This document shows positions 59,683 through 64,000 of a DNA stretch of 64,000 nt, one piece after another (the stretch's first letter is position 1; every line of letters begins with the position of its first letter). The DNA is taken from the IMG/VR virus record IMGVR_UViG_3300031576_000006, positions 1 to 64,000 of that record; one strand, given 5' to 3'. The position numbers and the translations under genes were made by a program. The stretch is from a virus. The notes under the pieces were generated by a model. That model worked only from the letters and a program-made list of their open reading frames with translations. It had not been told where the DNA came from and ran no database searches.

Positions 59683-60147
59683 ATGTGGATTCCAGAGAAA
59701 AATTCTAATGGCATACCCATAAGTGCTCCGACTTTCGAAGATGTTGGCAATCTCACTCCAGTATGGAAGGGTTTTTTGTACGTTGCTGCGCCTATGTCTT
59801 TGAGTATGTTTGATCAAGTTATTACTAGCCAGGAAAGGCTCAGGGAGGGATGGTTCAGGATATTGCTAGATGGACACATTGGAGATTACATAGAATGCTC
59901 TATTGTGGACAAGGATGATGTCTTAGGAATGTTCTCTGCACTGAATTTAGTGGTTGGTGTAGACGTTCTTGAAATAAAAAAATATGTCAAAACAGAATAC
60001 GTAGCCCCTGAAGATAAAGGTAGACAAGAATTCAAATCAAATTCTGTGTCTGAATTGATGCCAGGTCTTTTTTTAAGGGTCAGCTATCTAAATATAGGAT
60101 CGGAGCCGGTAACCTTTACTGTTACTAAGAAATTTTATGAAGCTTAA
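59683..60147 (+). CDS. Probable virion structural protein
   Basis: GDYI...IVDKD.VLG...GLFLRVSY; late island. Confidence 0.5.
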   Translation: MWIPEKNSNGIPISAPTFEDVGNLTPVWKGFLYVAAPMSLSMFDQVITSQERLREGWFRILLDGHIGDYIECSIVDKDDVLGMFSALNLVVGVDVLEIKKYVKTEYVAPEDKGRQEFKSNSVSELMPGLFLRVSYLNIGSEPVTFTVTKKFYEA

Positions 60148-60301
60148 TATAAACGGAAAAGAAGTGGATCTAATCATAAATGGCGAAATTCCAGATTTTT
60201 TGGCTAAAAAAGTCAAACTGGCAGATGAAGGATTGACTCCTGATGAAGTGGTACGAAAACGTCGGGAAGAATTGAAGAAATCGGAAGAAAATGAAGAATA
60301 A
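60137..60301 (+). CDS. 54-aa hypothetical protein (not in ORF track)
   Basis: MKLNINGKEVDLIINGEIP...; fills the gap and overlaps both neighbours. Confidence 0.45.
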   Translation: MKLNINGKEVDLIINGEIPDFLAKKVKLADEGLTPDEVVRKRREELKKSEENEE

Positions 60302-60554
60302 TTGCAGAATTTGTCGATATTTTTGGAACAATCTCATTGCGGTTGATCAATTGGTTAATACCATTTTTGGTGGTGACCCTGATGAAACCATTAGCTCTCG
60401 AATGGGCAAGTGGGGCATTCACTACAAAGACGATCATAATAATTGGCGTCATAAGTTCGCTAAGGGTCTTTGCTGGCTTCTAAATCTCATCGACAAAGAT
60501 CACTGCAATAAATCCATCGAGTCAGATGAAGGCAATAAAGAGGTAATAGAGTAA
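60291..60554 (+). CDS. Conserved phage protein
   Basis: LIAVDQL.N..FGGDPDETISSR.G...C..L..ID.DHC. Confidence 0.65.
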   Translation: MKNNCRICRYFWNNLIAVDQLVNTIFGGDPDETISSRMGKWGIHYKDDHNNWRHKFAKGLCWLLNLIDKDHCNKSIESDEGNKEVIE

Positions 60555-60907
60555 TGAATCTTAAGCTTTTTGCCGAAAAATGGAAAGATCTAATAGATAA
60601 GGCTAACTCTCGTGGTATTCCACTGCCTATGGTTAGAGATAAAGGCAAGGCTTCGATTACGGCTACACTTGTTGTAATTTCTTCAGGCCTGTGTGGTATT
60701 TCCATACTCATGATGTTGGCAGTATTTATATCCAAAATGACCGCCTTCTTTATGCTCAATGATGCCACTTTCAATATCATGAAAGAAGCATTTAGCTCCT
60801 CATTCCAATTCTTTATTGCATCTCTTGGCGGCTATCTTGGCCGTAAAATGCAGAAAAATGGTAATGATGTTACGCTCGACGAGAAAAAAGATCCCCCTAA
60901 AGAATAA
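60554..60907 (+). CDS. Putative holin-like membrane protein
   Basis: Two hydrophobic segments, Y.GRK and a charged C-tail; end of a late island. Confidence 0.45.
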   Translation: MNLKLFAEKWKDLIDKANSRGIPLPMVRDKGKASITATLVVISSGLCGISILMMLAVFISKMTAFFMLNDATFNIMKEAFSSSFQFFIASLGGYLGRKMQKNGNDVTLDEKKDPPKE

Positions 60908-60913
60908 AAATTC

Positions 60914-60942
60914 TTGTATCTATTAATCAATTGGGTTAGTAT
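60914..60942 (+). promoter_or_regulatory. sigma70-type promoter, leaderless gene 60949
   Basis: TTGTAT-17-TAGTAT-6 nt-ATG. Confidence 0.6.
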
Positions 60943-61637
60943 TGATACATGATTGATCGTACTAAAAAATACAAAGTCGTAGGATATAATACGCCATGGT
61001 CCCCACCATTACCATCGGTCAACGAATACGACTTAAAATGGGCTCAAGAACTAAAAGACGTATATGGACTCAATCTAGATGTGCAAGTAATTGCATTAAA
61101 CTGGCGAACTTTCTCAAGCGATCTGTATTGTGCCGGATGGGTAGCAGACTCTAAAGAAAGCATCGAACGTTGTTTCGGTGTAGTCCTGGAGGAAATCCAG
61201 TGAGGTTTGATCCAAGATCCACCAAACACCCCGACGAACCTTACGTCTCAAGCCCAGACTGGGCGATTCAAAAGAATAATTTTTTAATCAATAAACAAGA
61301 AGTTAAGGCGTGTAACGCTAAAATGAATGGTAGGTTTCATTGGCCCAAGCGCGAAATACCGCCTGATATGGAGATTACAGATGGTTCTATCCGATAAAGA
61401 AGCCAAGTTCATAGCAATTCTTTTGGACATGGCCAAAGATGAGTTCGCAAATCACGGCTGCAATGATCTATCAGACGAACTTAGAAACTTTTTCACAAAA
61501 GAAGAACAGGATAAGCTCAACAGAGATATGCACAATTGGAACGGTGACCCTGAAGAGTACCGTAGGGGTGAACCGCTTATGAATTATGACTGGCTTTGGA
61601 TGTCATTCTTTGCTGGTAAACTAAGAGGAGAAATAAG

Positions 61638-62672
61638 ATGAACTTTAATCGCAGGCCCAGACTAGATATGGGCTATGGCAACCCCGGATTCCTTCAGTCA
61701 TACTGGCAGGAAGTTGGCCTGAGATTTCTTTCCAATCCACTAATAAGTCAAATGAGTTATCCACATAGTAAAGCTACTCTTCCGGAATTAGCTAACTACA
61801 TCCGACTTATCCACAAGAAACATAAGAATGTAAAAATTACTGATAAGTCTCATATTGTAGTGACCAACGGAGCCGTTCAAGCTCTCTCTGCTGCAATGTT
61901 CTATTACCATAGAAAAAAGTACGTAGACTATATGTACGCCCCCATTCCTTATTGGGGTAGGTTCGATGACTTAGCCTCCAATCTACATATCACATTAGTC
62001 AATCAATGGTTAATGGATGACACTAAAACTGATTACCAACAGGCTACTGCAGTTAAGAAAGATAGTGGGGTAATTTCACTTATCACTTCACCCAACAATC
62101 CGGACGGACAGGATACTTCAAAGCTTCCAGCTACAATCAGAGATGCCTGTTATAATTGGTCACATTATACCGATAAGGTCGTCAAGTTCAAAGATGAGGT
62201 TGTAATCTTTTCACTATCTAAATTCTCTGGCCATTCTTCCTCACGTATAGGCTGGGCTATTACTGAAAATCCTGAGATTGCCGAAACTATGCAAAAGTAT
62301 ATAGACACCTTTACTAGTGGAGTCAGTATAGATGCTCAAGTGAAGGCATCCAGAATTTTGTCTTATATGAATTCAAACAATGATTTCGTGTTTGATAGTT
62401 TGGCTGGAATCATAAAGAAAAGAAATTTCATATTAAGAAAGCTTGTAAAACATACACAGCTTCCAATTAAGATCCTATCAAGACAAGGCATGTTTTTATA
62501 TGTCGAATGCGATCCAGACTTAGTTAAAAAGCTTAATGTAGAATGTACAAACGGTAAGTACTTCGGAGACAACGAAGATCGACACAGATTTAATATTGGC
62601 GTCACTGAAGAAGTGTTTGTAGAGTTTGTTTCGAGACTTACACAAGTAAGTAAAGATTACATTAAAACGTAA
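61638..62672 (+). CDS. PLP-dependent fold-type I enzyme, alliinase/tryptophan aminotransferase (TAA1)-like
   Basis: TSPNNPDG, D.CY.W.HYT, IFSLSKFSGHSSSRIGWA (PLP lysine). Confidence 0.8.
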   Translation: MNFNRRPRLDMGYGNPGFLQSYWQEVGLRFLSNPLISQMSYPHSKATLPELANYIRLIHKKHKNVKITDKSHIVVTNGAVQALSAAMFYYHRKKYVDYMYAPIPYWGRFDDLASNLHITLVNQWLMDDTKTDYQQATAVKKDSGVISLITSPNNPDGQDTSKLPATIRDACYNWSHYTDKVVKFKDEVVIFSLSKFSGHSSSRIGWAITENPEIAETMQKYIDTFTSGVSIDAQVKASRILSYMNSNNDFVFDSLAGIIKKRNFILRKLVKHTQLPIKILSRQGMFLYVECDPDLVKKLNVECTNGKYFGDNEDRHRFNIGVTEEVFVEFVSRLTQVSKDYIKT

Positions 62673-62949
62673 AGCCAAACATCAATCGACCTTCTTTATT
62701 ATTCCCTTCAATTGATATGTATTTGTTAATCACAGCCCTAGCATTATGACCAGTACTAAAGATGATCAATGGCATAGTGTAAGGAACAAGTACCTCGCTG
62801 ACAAAAGGACCGGCCACTTTCTTAGCCTGCATCTCACCACGCTGTACCATTTCCCTAAACTCCTTATTCTGTGCGTAGTAAGCCTCTGGAGTCTTATTAC
62901 ACTCGTATCCACTGACACACATAGCAATAACGAACGCTTCTAACCACAT
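62662..62949 (-). CDS. Small envelope-associated protein (start revised; leaderless)
   Basis: TTGCAC-17-TATATT-6 nt-ATG 62949; hydrophobic N-terminus; ends MFGFTF. Confidence 0.5.
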   Translation of the reverse strand: MWLEAFVIAMCVSGYECNKTPEAYYAQNKEFREMVQRGEMQAKKVAGPFVSEVLVPYTMPLIIFSTGHNARAVINKYISIEGNNKEGRLMFGFTF

Positions 62950-63010
62950 ACTGACAATATACCACATGTCAGCACTTTGTGCAATTAACACCAATATCCA
63001 ATGATATCGC

Positions 63011-63035
63011 TAGCTTAGCTCAAAAACTTAATAAT
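63011..63035 (+). promoter_or_regulatory. Candidate late promoter motif (tail chaperone/tape measure operon)
   Basis: TAGCTT-AGCTC-AAAAA-CTTAAT-AAT. Confidence 0.7.
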
Positions 63036-63082
63036 AAACCGTCCCACTTCCCCGCCTTTCTATCCTTCAATTAGGAAAACCT

Positions 63083-63475
63083 ATGAAAAAGCTGCCGGAC
63101 ATAATTAAATTTGTGTCTCTTGAATCCGTTGGTGAGAACACTGGTCACCGATATGTTGGGTCTTTTCGACTCAAAGTTTTAATAACTCATGATCAACGTT
63201 TTGCCATTGAGCGTACATATAAAGAGATGTTGCCTGATGATGTTGGCGTCATTCAAGAGATTAAAATCAGATGTGGCGCTATAGCCGAGCTTGAGCATCG
63301 TGTCGTTGAAGCTCCATTATGGTGGAGAGATTCACGCAATGGTAGAGACCTTATCGATTCACAGCCCCTATATGACATGATGATCCATATCTCTGAAAAG
63401 TACGAAGAATGGAAATCTGAACTTCAAAAGGAAGTAGCTGAGCCGAATGTACCTACCGAACAATCAAGTTCTTAA
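63083..63475 (+). CDS. Tail assembly chaperone
   Basis: G..Y.G.F..K...A.L...VVEAP.WW...D...LY pattern; position before the presumed tape measure. Confidence 0.65.
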   Translation: MKKLPDIIKFVSLESVGENTGHRYVGSFRLKVLITHDQRFAIERTYKEMLPDDVGVIQEIKIRCGAIAELEHRVVEAPLWWRDSRNGRDLIDSQPLYDMMIHISEKYEEWKSELQKEVAEPNVPTEQSSS

Positions 63476-63953
63476 ATATATTAGGCTTTTGTCTATTTAT
63501 AATGTCAATAGTAATTCCATTGAGTGGTATGTAGAACAGGCCTATCGATACTATTCCAAGACCTACCATACCCCATTACACGTTGCTCGTAAGAATATGA
63601 TCCCAGCTGAAGTCGTCCAGATCTTTATGGAAGATGAGATGGCCGATATGAATCCTGAAGATGTCACGGCCCTTAAGGATAGACTTGTAAAAGTTCCAAA
63701 ACCTATGCTTAATGTCGAAGACTATCAACCTGAAGAAGACACTGAGCTTTCCGATGAAGAATGGGTTATGCAACAAATGGCTGAAGCTGCTAAGAATGAA
63801 AAGAATACAAAACCAAAGCCTAAGGCCAATCCTGGCCCAAGTATGGGAGATGCCATGTCGGCAGCCCAGAAGGCCGTTCAAAACCTATATTCTCAATTAA
63901 ACAAACCTACGCCTGATAAAGATGAAGGCGAAATCAAGTTCAATAAAGAGTAA
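63447..63953 (+). CDS. Second tail assembly chaperone
   Basis: RYYSKTYHTPL motif and acidic tail; overlaps the first chaperone. Confidence 0.55.
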   Translation: MYLPNNQVLKYIRLLSIYNVNSNSIEWYVEQAYRYYSKTYHTPLHVARKNMIPAEVVQIFMEDEMADMNPEDVTALKDRLVKVPKPMLNVEDYQPEEDTELSDEEWVMQQMAEAAKNEKNTKPKPKANPGPSMGDAMSAAQKAVQNLYSQLNKPTPDKDEGEIKFNKE

Positions 63954-63956
63954 TAA

Positions 63957-64000
63957 ATGCAAAGCGACTTAATCAAGCAGATTATCCTCAAATTTAAGAC
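63957..64000 (+). CDS. Start of probable tape measure protein (3' partial)
   Basis: ATG 63957, MQSDLIKQIILKFK, open to the window end; called on position only. Confidence 0.35.
   Translation, partial: MQSDLIKQIILKFK

Noticed and set aside
63447-63475. Programmed frameshift fusing the two tail chaperones
   Set aside because: Plausible by analogy, but the frames differ by +1 and I see no XXXYYYZ or CCC-TAA slippery site in the overlap. Unsupported.
1-64000. Stop-codon reassignment, as seen in some large phages
   Set aside because: Genes are long and densely packed under code 11, and TAA, TAG and TGA all end genes at sensible junctions.

Overview
A 64-kb segment of a large lytic myovirus genome (genetic code 11), with a Herelleviridae/SPO1-Twort-like head and contractile tail. 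It holds the end of a probable prohead protease (<1..361), the scaffold (29096), major capsid protein (30043), neck and completion proteins, tail sheath (21014), tail tube (~24545), tail chaperones (63083, 63447) and the start of a probable tape measure. The structural genes are split into plus-strand islands. Most islands are headed by one fixed-spacing 25-bp motif, TARNTT-N5-AAAAA-CTTAAT-RNT (9 copies), a candidate late promoter. Between them lie mostly minus-strand blocks of small early/accessory genes with sigma70-type promoters. The most striking system is 374..20292. Multi-enzyme proteins there carry GNAT x3, ADP-ribosyltransferase-like x2, SAM-lyase-like, HDxxGH, HipA/PI3-4K-like kinase x2, lytic transglycosylase and degenerate GGDEF/mCpol-like domains. 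Their domains are separated by the same hydrophobic-x-K-[A/S/G] motif found at the capsid N-terminus and throughout the scaffold. This suggests head-packaged polyproteins that the maturation protease cuts into separate injected effectors. Other notable items: a promoter-driven ~175-nt tRNA-like cloverleaf RNA (41239..41417), a second structured RNA (55005..55180, minus), a tail tube gene that appears to start at ATC behind a hairpin-occluded SD, two stand-alone sigma54-activator-type HTH proteins, an alliinase/TAA1-like PLP enzyme, leaderless early genes and in-frame-deleted homing endonuclease relics. All protein assignments come from motif recognition by eye; no database search was run. The host (possibly Bdellovibrionota or a related Gram-negative) is only inferred.
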